A DNA stretch of 64,000 nucleotides, taken from NCBI RefSeq assembly GCF_036365525.1, contig NC_090378.1, positions 120,575,593 through 120,639,592 of the forward strand, written 5' to 3'. Positions 12,445 through 28,800 of the stretch are shown one piece after another. Position 1 is the first letter of the stretch. Each line of letters begins with the position of its first letter. Made by a program: the position numbers and the translations under genes. The notes beneath the pieces were generated by a model. The model made no database searches. It was not told the origin of the DNA and worked only from the letters and a program-made list of their open reading frames with translations. This stretch comes from Heterodontus francisci. Taxonomy: Eukaryota.

Positions 12445-12705
12445 ATCTCTCTCTCTCACGCTGTCCCTCTTGTGCTCTTTCCCTCTGTCTATCTCACTAT
12501 CTCCCTCTCTCTCTTTCTCTCATTCTCTTTCTCTCACTCTTTCTCTCTCTCTATCTGTCTCTCTCTAGCACTTTCTCTCTCTCTCCTACTGTCTCTCTTT
12601 ATCTCTCTCTCTCTCTCTCACTGTCTCTCTTTCTGTCATTCTCTCTCTCCCACTGTCTCTGTTTCTCTCTCTCTCCTGCTGTCTCAGCTTCACTCTCTCT
12701 CTCTG
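12445..12705. repeat. (CT)n-type low-complexity tract
   Basis: Direct inspection. Confidence 0.9.
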
Positions 12706-13816
12706 TTTGAATTCCATGCTGCCATGCTTGGGAAAGTTGGGAATTCTACTTGTCGATGATAAATCTTCCAGCTGCTCTTCCCACCACATCAGATGGAAAA
12801 ACCTGGAGCCACTCAATTCCTGGAAAATGAAAATCTCCCAGCTAACCGAGCTCACCTGCCTGTGCCCTGGAGAAAAGGGGAGGAGTGTTTCTGTAAATGT
12901 GATGTTTCTGTTGCTGACTCTGGTCTTCCTCATGGACCATTTGAAAACAGTGAGTTTCAGAGTCGGTGGATCATGTCTACATGGAGTGGGAGAGGTTGTG
13001 GCCCCTGTTCCATTATTTGAAGGGGCTGCTCCTCATCCTCTGGTTCTAATTCAGGCCCACACTCCTGATCTTTGGCCACCCAGTGCAGAGGGGACTGGGC
13101 AGGTTGGAGGCCCCTCCTCGTGGGTCTGCTCCTGGGCCTGGCCAAGGTGTCCATCCAGAGGCCCGAGTTGGATGGGACCCATGGGGGTGGTGGCACTGGC
13201 TGCCAGTCTCTCTACCATGGCATTGTCCCCACCCGGGTGGCCCTGGAGAAGGAGCAGGGGGTGTCTGCTGGGTCACTTGAGGCCTTCAGGCTGCAGTGGG
13301 CACCACAGGGACAGGAGTGTGTAGTGGATCGTGGAAATAACATCAGGCTTTAATTTGTTCAGTTTGCTTTCTATTTATGATTTCAGTTTTATTCATTTCG
13401 ACACTTTTCTAAATTGGATTTTGATTGGTGAAAATTGTGTCATCCAGATTGTCCAATCAGATGATAAGAAACCTGTTTCCATAGTAACTGACCTGGGGTG
13501 TCTGACCTGGGATGGGGGGTCAATAATAATGATCAATAATTAGTCTGTGCTCATGAAGCGACTCCACGAGAACCCAGAGAGAATCGAATGAAGCAAAATG
13601 TCAAATCTCCAGAGCTGTGAGATTCTCACTGATGAAGACAGCAGCTCCTCGTCCTCTCTAAACTCCTCCATCCTTTCTCAATTCCTCACACCGTTCAGGG
13701 GAATGTTTCTGTCAACACTCTCATCGACACATGTGGCAGCAATGCACAAAACAGCAAATATTTCCCAGATAGATAAGACAGGAGATTGAAGCAACTGTTT
13801 TAATAGAACGTCTGTT

Positions 13817-16800
13817 TATTATATAATAAATATAACTGTGGGATGTGTCGGTACAGGAGGTGGGACTGTGTGTCCATTATTAAATATTATATATAACTGT
13901 GGGATGTGTCAGTACAGGAGGTGGGACTGTGTGTCCATTATTATATATTATATATAACTGTGGGATGTGTCAGTGCAGGAGGTGTGACTGTGTGTCCATT
14001 ATTATATATTATATATAACTGTGGGATGTGTCAGTACAGGAGGTGGGACTGTGTGTCCATTATTATATATTATATATAACGGTGGATGTGTCAGTACAGG
14101 AGGTGGGACTGTGTGTCCATTATTATATATTATATATAACTGTGGACGTGTCAGTAGTGAAATTGGGACTGTGTGTCCATTATTATATATTATATATAAC
14201 GGTGGATGTGTCAGTAGAGAAATTGGGACTGTGCGTCCCTTATTATATATTATCTATAACTGTGGAACGTGTTAGTCGAGGAGGTGGGACTGTGTGTCCA
14301 TTATTATATATTATCTATAACTGTGGGATGTGTCAGTCGAGGAGGTGGGACTGTGCGTCCCTTATTATATATTATCTATAACTGTGGAACGTGTTAGTCG
14401 AGGAGGTGGGACTGTGTGTCCATTATTATATATTATATATAACTGTGGGATGTGTCAGTGCAGGAGGTGTGACTGTGTGTCCATTATTATATATTATATA
14501 TAACAGTGGGTTGTGTCAGTACAGGAGGTGGGACTGTGTGTCCATTATTATATATTATATCTAACTGTGGGATGTGTCAGTACAGGAGGTGGGACTGTGT
14601 GTCCATTATTATATATTATATATAACTGTGGGATGTGTCAGTACAGGAGGTGGGACTGTGTGTCCATTATTATATATTATATATAACTGTGGGATGTGTC
14701 AGTGCAGGAGGTGGGACTGTGTGTCCATTATTATATATTATATATAACTGTGGGATGTGTCAGTGCGGGAGGTGGGACTGTGCGTCCCATATTATATATT
14801 ATATATAACAGTGGAACGTGTCAGTCGAGGAGGTGGGACTGTGCGTCCCTTATTATATATTATCTATAACTGTGGAACGTGTTAGTCGAGGAGGTGGGAC
14901 TGTGTGTCCATTATTATATATTATATATAACTGTGGGATGTGTCAGTGCAGAAGGTGGGACTGTGTGTCCATTATTATATATTATATATAACTGTGGGAT
15001 GTGTCAGTGCAGGAGGTCGGACTGTGTGTCCATTATTATACATTATCTATAACTGTGGGATGTGTCAGTGCAGGAGGTGGGACTGTGTGTCCATTATTAT
15101 ATATTATATATAACTGTGGGATGTGTCAGTGCGGGAGGTGGGACTGTGCGTCCCATATTATATATTATATATAACAGTGGAACGTGTCAGTCGAGGAGGT
15201 GGGACTGTGCGTCCCTTATTATATATTATCTATAACTGTGGAACGTGTTAGTCGAGGAGGTGGGACTGTGTGTCCATTATTATATATTATATATAACTGT
15301 GGAACGTGTCAGTCGAGGAGGTGGGACTGTGCGTCCCTTATTATATATTATATATAACTGTGGAACGTGTTAGTCGAGGAGGTGGGACTGTGCGTCCCTT
15401 ATTATATATTATATATAACTGTGGAACGTGTCAGTCGAGGAGGTGGGACTGTGCGTCCCTTATTATATATTATATATAACTGTGGAACGTGTCAGTCGAG
15501 GAGGTGGGACTGTGCATCCATTATTATATATTATATATAACTGTGGGATGTGTCAGTGCGGGAGGTGGGCTGTGAGTCCATTATTATATATTATATATAA
15601 ATGTGGAACATGTCAGTCGGGTAGGTGGGACTGTGCGTCCATTATTATATATTATATATAACTGTGGAACGTGTCAGTCGAGGAGGTGGGACTGTGTGTT
15701 CATTATTATATATTATATATAACTGTGGAATGTGTCAGTGCGGGAGGTGGGCTGTGAGTCCATTATTATATATTATATATAAATGTGGAACATGTCAGTC
15801 GGGTAGGTGGGACTGTGCGTCCATTATTATATATTATATATAACTGTGGGATGTGTCAGTGCGGGAGGTGGGACTGTGTGTCCATTATTATATATTATAT
15901 ATAACTGTGGGATGTGTCAGTGCGGGAGGTGGGACTGTGTGTCCATTATTATATATTATCTATAACTGTGGGATGTGTCAGTGCGGGAGGTGGGCTGTGA
16001 GTCCATTATTATATATTATATATAAATGTGGAACATGTCAGTCGGGTAGGTGGGACTGTGCGTCCATTATTATATATTATATATAACTGTGGGATGTCAG
16101 TGCGGGAGGTGGGACTGTGTGTCCATTATTATATATTATATATAACTGTGGGATGTGTCAGTGCGGGAGGTGGGACTGTGTGTCCATTATTATATATTAT
16201 ATATAACTGTGGGATGTGTCAGTGCGGGAGGTGGGACTGTGTGTCCATTATTATATATTATATATAACTGTGGGATGTTTCAGTGCGGGAGGAGGGACTG
16301 TGTTTCCATTATTATATATTATATATAACTGTGGGATGTGTCAGTGCGGGAGGTGGGACAGTGTATCCATTATTATATACTATATATAACTGTGGGATGT
16401 TTCAGTGCGGGAGGTGGGACTGTGTTTCCATTATTATATATTATATATAACTGTGGGATGTGTCAGTGCGGGAGGCGGGACTGTGTTTCCATTATTATAT
16501 ATTATATATAACTGTGGGATGTGTCAGTGCAGGAGGTGGGACTGTGTGTCGATTATTATATATTATATATAACTGTGGGATGTGTCAGTGCAGGAGGTGG
16601 GACTGTGTGTCGATTATTATATATTATATATAACTGTGGGATGTGTCAGTGCGGGAGGTGGGACTGTGTGTCCATTATTATATATTATATATAACTGTGG
16701 GATGTGTCAGTGCAGGTGGTGGGACTGTGTGTCCATTATTATATATTATATATAACTGTGGGATGTGTCAGTGCAGGTGGTGGGACTGTGTGTCCATTAT

Positions 16801-19800
16801 TATATATTATATATAACTGTGGGATGTGTCAGTACAGGAGGTGGGACCGTGTGTCCATTATTATATATTATATATAACAGTGGGATGTTTCAGTGCAGGA
16901 GGTGGGACTGTGTGTCCATTATTATATATTATATCTAACTGTGGGATGTGTCAGTACAGGAGGTGGGACTGTGTGTCCATTATTATATATTATATATAAC
17001 TGTGGGATGTGTCAGTACAGGAGGTGGGACTGTGTGTCCATTATTATATATTATATATAACTGTGGGATGTGTCAGTACAGGAGGTGGGACTGTGTGTCC
17101 ATTATTATATATTATATCTAACTGTGGGATGTGTCAGTACAGGAGGTGGGACTGTGTGTCCATTATTATATATTATATATAACTGTGGGATGTGTCAGTA
17201 CAGGAGGTGGGACTGTGTGTCCATTATTATATATTATATATAACTGTGGGATGTGTCAGTGCAGGAGGTGGGACTGTGTGTCCATTATTATATATTATAT
17301 ATAACTGTGGGATGTGTCAGTGCGGGAGGTGGGACTGTGCGTCCCATATTATATATTATATATAACAGTGGAACGTGTCAGTCGAGGAGGTGGGACTGTG
17401 CGTCCCTTATTATATATTATCTATAACTGTGGAACGTGTTAGTCGAGGAGGTGGGACTGTGTGTCCATTATTATATATTATATATAACTGTGGGATGTGT
17501 CAGTGCAGAAGGTGGGACTGTGTGTCCATTATTATATATTATATATAACTGTGGGATGTGTCAGTGCAGGAGGTCGGACTGTGTGTCCATTATTATACAT
17601 TATCTATAACTGTGGGATGTGTCAGTGCAGGAGGTGGGACTGTGTGTCCATTATTATATATTATATATAACTGTGGGATGTGTCAGTGCGGGAGGTGGGA
17701 CTGTGCGTCCCATATTATATATTATATATAACAGTGGAACGTGTCAGTCGAGGAGGTGGGACTGTGCGTCCCTTATTATATATTATCTATAACTGTGGAA
17801 CGTGTTAGTCGAGGAGGTGGGACTGTGTGTCCATTATTATATATTATATATAACTGTGGAACGTGTCAGTCGAGGAGGTGGGACTGTGCGTCCCTTATTA
17901 TATATTATATATAACTGTGGAACGTGTTAGTCGAGGAGGTGGGACTGTGCGTCCCTTATTATATATTATATATAACTGTGGAACGTGTCAGTCGAGGAGG
18001 TGGGACTGTGCGTCCCTTATTATATATTATATATAACTGTGGAACGTGTCAGTCGAGGAGGTGGGACTGTGCATCCATTATGATATATTATATATAACTG
18101 TGGGATGTGTCAGTGCGGGAGGTGGGCTGTGAGTCCATTATTATATATTATATATAAATGTGGAACATGTCAGTCGGGTAGGTGGGACTGTGCGTCCATT
18201 ATTATATATTATATATAACTGTGGAACGTGTCAGTCGAGGAGGTGGGACTGTGTGTTCATTATTATATATTATATATAACTGTGGAATGTGTCAGTGCGG
18301 GAGGTGGGCTGTGAGTCCATTATTATATATTATATATAAATGTGGAACATGTCAGTCGGGTAGGTGGGACTGTGCGTCCATTATTATATATTATATATAA
18401 CTGTGGGATGTGTCAGTGCGGGAGGTGGGACTGTGTGTCCATTATTATATATTATCTATAACTGTGGGATGTCAGTGCGGGAGGTGGGACTGTGTATCCA
18501 TTATTATATATTATATATAACTGTGGGATGTGTCAGTGCGGGAGGTGGGACTGTGTGTCCATTATTATATATTATCTATAACTGTGGGATGTGTCAGTGC
18601 GGGAGGTGGGCTGTGAGTCCATTATTATATATTATATATAAATGTGGAACATGTCAGTCGGGTAGGTGGGACTGTGCGTCCATTATTATATATTATATAT
18701 AACTGTGGGATGTCAGTGCGGGAGGTGGGACTGTGTGTCCATTATTATATATTATATATAACTGTGGGATGTGTCAGTGCGGGAGGTGGGACTGTGTGTC
18801 CATTATTATATATTATATATAACTGTGGGATGTGTCAGTGCGGGAGGTGGGACTGTGTGTCCATTATTATATATTATATATAACTGTGGGATGTTTCAGT
18901 GCGGGAGGTGGGACTGTGTTTCCATTATTATATATTATATATAACTGTGGGATGTGTCAGTGCGGGAGGTGGGACAGTGTATCCATTATTATATACTATA
19001 TATAACTGTGGGATGTTTCAGTGTGGGAGGTGGGACTGTGTTTCCATTATTATATATTATATATAACTGTGGGATGTGTCAGTGCGGGAGGCGGGACTGT
19101 GTTTCCATTATTATATATTATATATAACTGTGGGATGTGTCAGTGCAGGAGGTGGGACTGTGTGTCGATTATTATATATTATATATAACTGTGGGATGTG
19201 TCAGTGCAGGAGGTGGGACTGTGTGTCGATTATTATATATTATATATAACTGTGGGATGTGTCAGTACAGGAGGTGGGACCGTGTGTCCATTATTATATA
19301 TTATATATAACAGTGGGATGTTTCAGTGCGGGAGGTGGGACTGTGTTTCCATTATTATATATTATATATAACTGTGGGATGTGTCAGTGCAGGTGGTGGG
19401 ACTGTGTGTCCATTATTATATATTATATATAACTGTGGGATGTGTCAGTACAGGAGGTGGGACTGTGTGTCCATTATTATATACTATATATAACTGTGGG
19501 ATGTTTCAGTGCGGGAGGTGGGACTGTGTTTCCATTATTATATATTATATATAACTGTGGGATTTGTCATAATGGGAGGTGGGACTGTGTTTCCAATATT
19601 ATATCTTATATATAACTGTGGAACGTGTCAGTCGAGCAGGTGGGACTGTGCGTCCATTATTATATATGAGATATAACTGTGGGATGTGTCAGTGCGGGAG
19701 GTGGGACTGTGTGTCCATTATTATATATTATATATAACTGTGGAACGTGTCAGTCGAGGAGGTGGTACTGTGCGTCCATTATTATATATTATATATAACT

Positions 19801-22800
19801 GTGGGATGTGTCAGTGCGGGAGGTGGGACTGTGTGTCCATTACTATATATTATATATAACTGTGGAACGTGTAAATCAAGGAGGTGGGACTGTGTCTCCA
19901 TTATTATATATTATATATCACTGTGGAACGTGTCAGTCGAGGAGGTGGGACTGTGCGTCCATTATTATATATTATATGTAACTGTGGAAAGTGTCAGTCG
20001 AGGAGGTGGGACTGTGTGTCCATTATTATATATTATATATAACTGTGGGATGTGTCAGTGCGGGAGGTGGGACTGTGTGTCCATTATTATATATTATATA
20101 TAACTGTGGGATGTGTCAGTACAGGAGGTGGGACTGTGTGTCCATTATTATATATTATATATAACTGTGGAACGTGTCAGTCGAGGAGGTGGGACTGTGC
20201 GTCCAATATTATATATTATATATAACTGTGGGATGTGTCAGTGCGGGAAGTGGGACTGTGTGTCCATTATTATATATTATATACAACTGTCGGATGTGTC
20301 AGTGCGGGAGGTGGGACTGTGTGTCCATTATTATATATTCTAGATAACTGTCGGATGTGTCAGTACAGGAGGTGGGACTGTGTGTCCAATATTATGTCTT
20401 ATATATAACTGTGGGATGTGTCAGTGCGGGAGGTGGGACTGTGTGTCCATGAACATATATTATATATAACTGTGGGATGTGTCAGTACAGGAGGTGGGGC
20501 TGTGTGTCCAATATTATATATTATATATAACTGTCGGATGTGTCAGTACAGGAGGTGGGACTGTGTGTCCAATATTATATATTATATATAACTGTCGGAT
20601 GTGTCAGTACAGGAGGTGGGACTGTGTGTCCAATATTATGTCTTATATATAACTGTGGGACGTGTCAGTCCAGGAGGTGGGACTGTGTGTCCATTATTAT
20701 ATATTAGATATAACAGTGGGATGTGTCAGTACAGGAGGTGGGACTGTGCGTCCATTATTATATATTATATATAACTGTGGGATGTGTCAGTTCAGGAGGT
20801 GGGACTGTGTGTCCATTATTATATATTATATATAACTGTGGGATGTGTCAGTGCAGGAGGTGGGACTGTGTGTCCATTATTATATATTATATATAACAGT
20901 GGGATGTGTCAGTGCGGAAGGTGGGACTGTGCATCCATTATTATATATTATATATAACAGTGGAACGTGTCAGTCGAGGAGGTGGGACTGTGCGTCCCAT
21001 ATTATATATTATATATAACAGTGGAACGTGTCAGTCGAGGAGGTGGGACTGTGCGTCCCTTATTATATATTATATATAACTGTGGAACGTGTTAGTCGAG
21101 GAGGTGGGACTGTGCGTCCCTAATTATATATTATATATAACTGTGGAACGTGTCAGTCGAGGAGGTGGGACTGTGCGTCCCTTATTATATATTATATATA
21201 ACTGTGGAACGTGTCAGTCGAGGAGGTGGGACTGTGCAACCATTATTATATATATATATAACTGTGGGATGTGTCAGTGCGGGAGGTGGGACTGTGTGTC
21301 CATTATTATATATTATATATAACTGTGGGATGTGTCAGTGCGGGAGGTGGGACTGTGCGTCCATTATTATATATTATCTATAACTGTGGGATGTGTCAGT
21401 GCGGGAGGAGGGCTGTGAGTCCATTATTATATATTATATATAATTGTGGAACATGTCAGTCGGGTAGGTGGGACTGTGCGTCCATTATTATATATTATAT
21501 ATAACTGTGGGATGTCAGTGCGGGAGGTGGGACTGTGTGTCCATTATTATATACTATATATAACTGTGAGATGTGTCAGTGCGGGAGGTGGGACTGTGTG
21601 TCCATTATTATATACTATATATAACTGTGAGATGTGTCAGTGCGGGAGGTGGGACTGTGTGTCCATTATTATATACTATATATAACTGTGGGATGTGTCA
21701 GTGCGGGAGGTGGGACTGTGTGTCCATTATTATATACTATATATAACTGTGGGATGTGTCAGTGCGGGAGGTGGGACTGTGTGTCCATTATTATATATTA
21801 TATATAACTGTCGGATGTGTCAGTACAGGTGGTGGGACTGTGTGTCCATTATTATATATTATATATAACTGTGGGATGTGTCAGTGCGGGAGGTGGGACT
21901 GTGTGTCCATTATTATATACTATATATAACTGTGGGATGTGTCAGTGCGGGAGGTGGGACTGTGTGTCCATTATTATTATTATATATAACTGTGGGATGT
22001 GTCAGTGCAGGAGGTGGGACTGTGTGTCGATTATTATATATTTTCTATAACTGTGGGATGTGTCAGTGCGGGAGGTGGGACTGTGTGTCCATTATTATAT
22101 ATTATATATAACTGTGGGATGTGTCAGTGCAGGTGGTGGGACAGTGTGTCCATTATTATATATTATATATAACTGTGGGATGTTTCAGTGCGGGAGGTGG
22201 GACTGTGTTTCCATTATTATATATTATATATAACTGTGGGATGTGTCATAATGGGAGGTGGGACTGTGTTTCCAATATTATATATTATATATAACTGTGG
22301 AACGTGTCAGTCGAGGAGGTGGGACTGTGCGTCCATTATTATATATTATATATAACTGTGGGATGTGTCAGTGCGGGAGGTGGGACTGTGTGTCCATTAT
22401 TATATATTATATATAACTGTGGAACGTGTCAGTCGAGGAGGTGGTACTGTGCGTCCATTATTATATATTATATATAACTGTGGGATGTGTCAGTGCGGGA
22501 GGTGGGACTGTCTGTCCATTATTATATATTATATATAACTGTGGAACGTGTCAGTCGAGGAGGTGGCACGGTGCGTCCATTATTATATATTATATATAAC
22601 TGTGGGATGTGTCAGTGCAGGAGGTGGACTGTGTGTCCATTATTATATATTATATATAACTGTGGGATGTGTCAGTGCGGGAGGTGGGACTGTGTGTCCA
22701 TTACTATATATTATATATAACTGTGGAACGTGTAAATCAAGGAGGTGGGACTGTGTCTCCATTATTATATATTATATATAACTGTGGAACGTGTCAGTCG

Positions 22801-25800
22801 AGGAGGTGAGACTGTGCGTCCCTTATTATATATTATATATAACTGTGGGATGTGTCAGTGCGGGAGGTGGGACTGTGTGTCCATTACTAAATATTATATA
22901 TAACTGTGGAACGTGTCAGTCGAGGAGGTGGGACTGTGCGTCCCTTATTATATATTATATATAACTCTGGAAAGTGTCAGTCGAGGAGGTGGGACTGTGT
23001 GTCCATTGTTATATATTATATATAACAGTGGGATGTGTCAGTGCGGGAGGTGGGACTGTGTGTCCATTATTATATATTATATATAACTGTGGGATGTGTC
23101 AGTACAGGAGGTGGGACTGTGTGTCCATTATCATATATTATATATAACTGTGGAACGTGTCAGTCGAGGAGGTGGGACTGTGCGTCCATTATTATATATT
23201 ATATATAACTGTGGGATGTGTCAGTGCGGGAGGTGGGACTGTGTGTCCATTATTATATACTATATATAATTGTGGGATGTGTCAGTGCGGGAGGTGGGAC
23301 TGTGTGTCCATTATTATATATTATATATAACTGTGGGATGTGTCAGTGCGGGAGGTGGGACTGTCTGTCCATTATTATATATTATATATAACTGTGGGAT
23401 GTGTCAGTGCGGGAGGTGGGACTGTGTGTCCATTACTATTTATTATATATAACTGTGGAACGTGTAAATCAAGGAGGTGGGACTGTGTCTCCATTATTAT
23501 ATATTATATATAACTGTGGAACGTGTCAGTCGAGGAGGTGGGACTGTGCGTCCCTTATTATATATTATATATAACTGTGGAAAGTGTCAGTCGAGGAGGT
23601 GGGACTGTGTGTCCATTATTATATATTATATATAACTGTGGGATGTGTCAGTGCGGGAGGTGGGACTGTGTGTCCATTATTATATATTATATATAACTGT
23701 GGGATGTGTCAGTACAGGAGGTGGGACTGTGTATCCATTATTATATATTATATATAACTGTGGAACGTGTCAGTGCAGGAGGTGGGACTGTGTATCCATT
23801 ATTATATATTATATATAACTGTGGGATGTGTCAGTACAGGAGGTGGGACTGTGTGTCCATTATTATATATTAAGTATAACTGTGGGATGTGTCAGTACAG
23901 GAGGTGGGACTGTGTGTCCATGAACATATATTATATATAACTGTGGGATGTGTCAGTACAGGACGTGGGACTGTGAGCCCATTATTATATATTCTAGATA
24001 ACAGTGGGATCTGTCAGGACAGGAGGTGGGGCTGTGTGTCCATTATTATATATTATATATAAATGTGGGATGTGTCAGTGCAGGAGGTGGGACTGTGTGT
24101 CCATTATTATATATTATATATAACTGTGGGATGTGTCAGTGCGGGAGGTGGGACTGTGTGTCCAATATTATGTCTTATATATAACTGTGGGACGTGTCAG
24201 TCCAGGAGGTGGGACTGTGTGTCCATTATTATATATTAGATATAACTGTGGGATGTGTCAGTACAGGAGGTGGGACTGTGTGTCCATTATTATATATTAA
24301 GTATAACTGTGGGATGTGTCAGTACAGGAGGTGGGACTGTGTGTCCATTATTATATATTATATATAACTGTGGGATGTGTCAGTGCGGGAGGTGGGACTG
24401 TGTGTCCATTATTATATATTATATATAACTGTGGGATGTGTCAGTGCGGGAGGTGGGACTGTGTGTCCATGAACATATATTATATATAACTGTGGGATGT
24501 GTCAGTACAGGACGTGGGACTGTGAGCCCATTATTATATTTTCTAGATAACAGTGGGATGTGTCAGTACAGGGGGTGGGACTGTGTGTCCATTATTATAT
24601 ATTATATATAACTGTGGGATGTGTCAGTGCAGGAGGTGGGACTGTGTGTCCATTATTATATATTATATATAACTGAGGGATGTGTCAGGACAGGAGGTGG
24701 GACTGTGTGTCGATTATTATATATTATATATAACTGTGGGATGTGTCAGAGCGGGAGGTGGGATTTTGTGTCCATTATTATATATAATATATAAATGTGG
24801 GATGTGTCAGTGCAGGAGGTGGGACTGTGTGTCCATTATTATCTATTATATATAACTGTGGGATGTGTCAGTGCGGGAGGTGGGACTGTGTGTCCATTAT
24901 TATATATTATATATAACTGTGGGATGTGTCAGTGCGGGAGGTGGGACTGTGTGTCCATTATTATATATTATATATAACTGAGGGATGTGTCAGGACAGGA
25001 GGTGGGACTGTGTGTCGATTATTATATATTATATATAACTGTGGGATGTGTCAGAGCGGGAGGTGGGATTTTGTGTCCATTATTATATATAATATATAAA
25101 TGTGGGATGTGTCAGTGCAGGAGGTGGGACTGTGTGTCCATTATTATATATAATATATAATTGTGGGATGTGTCAGTGCAGGAGGTGGGACTGTGTGTCC
25201 AATATTATATATTATATATAACTGTGGGATGTGTCAGTGCGGGAGGTGGGACTGTGTGTCCATTATTATATATTATATATAACTGTGGAACGTGTCAGTG
25301 TGGGAGGTGGGACTATGCGTCCATTATTATATATTATATATAACTGTGGAAAGTGTCAGTCGAGGAGGTGGGACTGTGTGTCCATTATTATATATTATAT
25401 ATAACTGTGGGATGTGTCAGTGCGGGAGGTGGGACTGTGTGTCCATTATTATATATTATATATAACTGTGGGATGTGTCAGTACAGGAGGTGGGACTGTG
25501 TGTCCAATATTATGTCTTATATATAACTGTGGGACGTGTCAGTCCAGGAGGTGGGACTGTGTGTCCATTATTATATATTAGATATAACTGTGGGATGTGT
25601 CAGTACAGGAGGTGGGACTGTGTGTCCATTATTATATATTAAATATAACTGTGGGATGTGTCAGTACAGGAGGTGGGACTGTGTGTCCATTATTATATAT
25701 TATATATAACTGAGGGATGTGTCAGGACAGGAGGTGGGACTGTGTGTCCATTATTATATATTATATATAACTGTGGGATGGGTCAGTGCGGGAGGTGGGA

Positions 25801-28800
25801 CTGTGTGTCGATTATAATATATTATATACAACTGTGGGATGTGTCAGTACAGGAGGTGGGACTGTATGTCGATTATTATATATTATATATAACTGTGGGA
25901 TGTGTCAGAGCGGGAGGTGGGATTTTGTGTCCATTATTATATATAATATATAAATGTGGGATGTTTCAGTGCAGGAGGTGGGACTGTGTGTCCATTATTA
26001 TCTATTATATATAACTGTGGGATGTGTCAGTGCGGGAGGTGGGACTGTGTGTCCATTATTATATATTATATATAACTGTGGGTTGTGTCAGTAGAGGAGG
26101 TGGGACTGTGAGTCCATTATTATATATAATATATAATTGTGGGATGTGTCAGTGCAGGAGGTGGGACTGTGTGTCCAATATTATATATTATATATAACTG
26201 TGGGATGTGTCAGTGCAGGAGGTGGGACTGTGTGTCCAATATTATATATTATGTATAACTGTGGGTTGTGTCAGTAGAGGAGGTGGGACTGTGAGTCCAT
26301 TATTATATATAATATATAATTGTGGGATGTGTCAGTGCAGGAGGTGGGACTGTGTGTCCAATATTATATATTATATATAACTGTGGGATGTGTCAGTGCG
26401 GGAGGTGGGACTGTGTGTCCATTATTATATATTATATATAACTGCGGAACGTGTCAGTGTGGGAGGTGGGACTATGCGTCCATTACTATATATTATATAT
26501 AACTGTGGAAAGTGTCAGTCGAGGAGGTGGGACTGTGTGTCCATTATGATATATTATATATAACTGTGGGATGTGTCAGTGCGGGAGGTGGGACTGTGTG
26601 TCCATTATTATATATTATATATAACTGTGGGATGTGTCAGTACAGGAGGTGGGACTGTGTGTCCATTATTATATATTATATATAACTGTCGGATGTGTCA
26701 GTGCGGGAGGTGGGACTGTGTGTCCATTATTATATATTCTAGATAACTGTCGGATGTGTCAGTACAGGAGGTGGGACTGTGTGTCCATTATTATATATCA
26801 TATATAAATGTGGGATGTGTCAGTACAGGAGGTGGGACTGTGTGTCCATTATTATATATTATATATAACTGTGGGATGTGTCAGTGCAGGAGGTGGGACT
26901 GTGTGTCCATTATTATATATTATATATAACTGTCGGATGTGTCAGTGCGGGAGGTGGGACTGTGTGTCCATTATTATATATTCTGGATAACTGTCGGATG
27001 TGTCAGTACAGGAGGTGGGACTGTGTGTCCAATATTATGTCTTATATATAACTGTGGGATGTGTCAGTGCGGGAGGTGGGACTGTGTGTCCATGAACATA
27101 TATTATATATAACTGTGGGATGTGTCAGTACAGGACTTGGGACTGTGAGCCCATTATTATATATTCTAGATAACAGTGGGATCTGTCAGGACAGGAGGTG
27201 GGGCTGTGTGTCCAATATTATATATTATATATAACTGTCGGATGTGTCATAATGGGAGGTGGGACTGTGTTTCCAATATTATATATTATATATATCTGTG
27301 GAACGTGTCAGTCGAGGAGGTGGGACTGTGCGTCCATTATTAGATATTATATATAACTGTGGGATGTATCAGTGCGGGAGGTGGGACTGTGTGTCCATTA
27401 CTATATATTATATATAACTGTGGAACGTGTAAATCAAGGAGGTGGGACTGTCTCCATTATTATATATTATATATAACTGTGGAACGTGTCAGTCGAGGAG
27501 GTGGGACTGTGCGTCCCTTATTATATATTATATATAACTGTGGAAAGTGTCAGTCGAGGAGGTGGGACTGTGTGTCCATTATTATATATTATATATAACT
27601 GTGGGATGTGTCAGTGCGGGAGGTGGGACTGTGTGTCCATTATTATATATTCTAGTATTCTAGATAACTGTCGGATGTGTCAGTACAGGAGGTGGGACTG
27701 TGTGTCCATTATTATATATCATATATAAATGTGGGATGTGTCAGTACAGGAGGTGGGACTGTGTGTCCATTATTATATATTATATATAACTGTGGGATGT
27801 GTCAGTGCAGGAGGTGGGACTGTGTGTCCATTATTATATATTATATATAACTGTCGGATGTGTCAGTGCGGGAGGTGGGACTGTGTGTCCATTATTATAT
27901 ATTCTGGATAACTGTCGGATGTGTCAGTACAGGAGGTGGGACTGTGTGTCCAATATTATGTCTTATATATAACTGTGGGATGTGTCAGTGCGGGAGGTGG
28001 GACTGTGTGTCCATGAACATATATTATATATAACTGTGGGATGTGTCAGTACAGGACTTGGGACTGTGAGCCCATTATTATATATTCTAGATAACAGTGG
28101 GATCTGTCAGGACAGGAGGTGGGGCTGTGTGTCCAATATTATATATTATATATAACTGTCGGATGTGTCATAATGGGAGGTGGGACTGTGTTTCCAATAT
28201 TATATATTATATATAACTGTGGAACGTGTCAGTCGAGGAGGTGGGACTGTGCGTCCATTATTATATATTATATATAACTGTGGAACGTGTCAGTCGAGGA
28301 GGTGGTACTGTGCGTCCATTATTATATATTATATGTAACTGTGGGATGTGTCAGTGCGGGAGGTGGGACTGTCTGTCCATTATTATATATTATATATAAC
28401 TGTGGAACGTGTCAGTCGAGGAGGTGGGACTGTGTGTCCATTATTATATATTATATATAACTGTGGGATGTGTCAGTGCGGGAGGTGGGACTGTGTGTCC
28501 ATTACTATATATTATATATAACTGTGGAAGGTGTAAATCAAGGAGGTGGGACTGTCTCCATTATTATATATTATATATAACTGTGGAACGTGTCAGTCGA
28601 GGAGGTGGGACTGTGCGTCCCTTATTATATATTATATATAACTGTGGAAAGTGTCAGTCGAGGAGGTGGGACTGTGTGTCCATTATTATATATTATATAT
28701 AACTGTGGGATGTGTCAGTGCGGGAGGTGGGACTGTGTGTCCATTATTATATGTTATATATAACTGTGGAATGTGTCAGTACAGGAGGTGGGACTGTGTG

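Noticed and set aside
11670-13330. GC-rich segments and a 205-aa ORF as a gene or D segment
   Set aside because: No recognisable domain or paired RSSs; probably old repeat fragments that I cannot classify.
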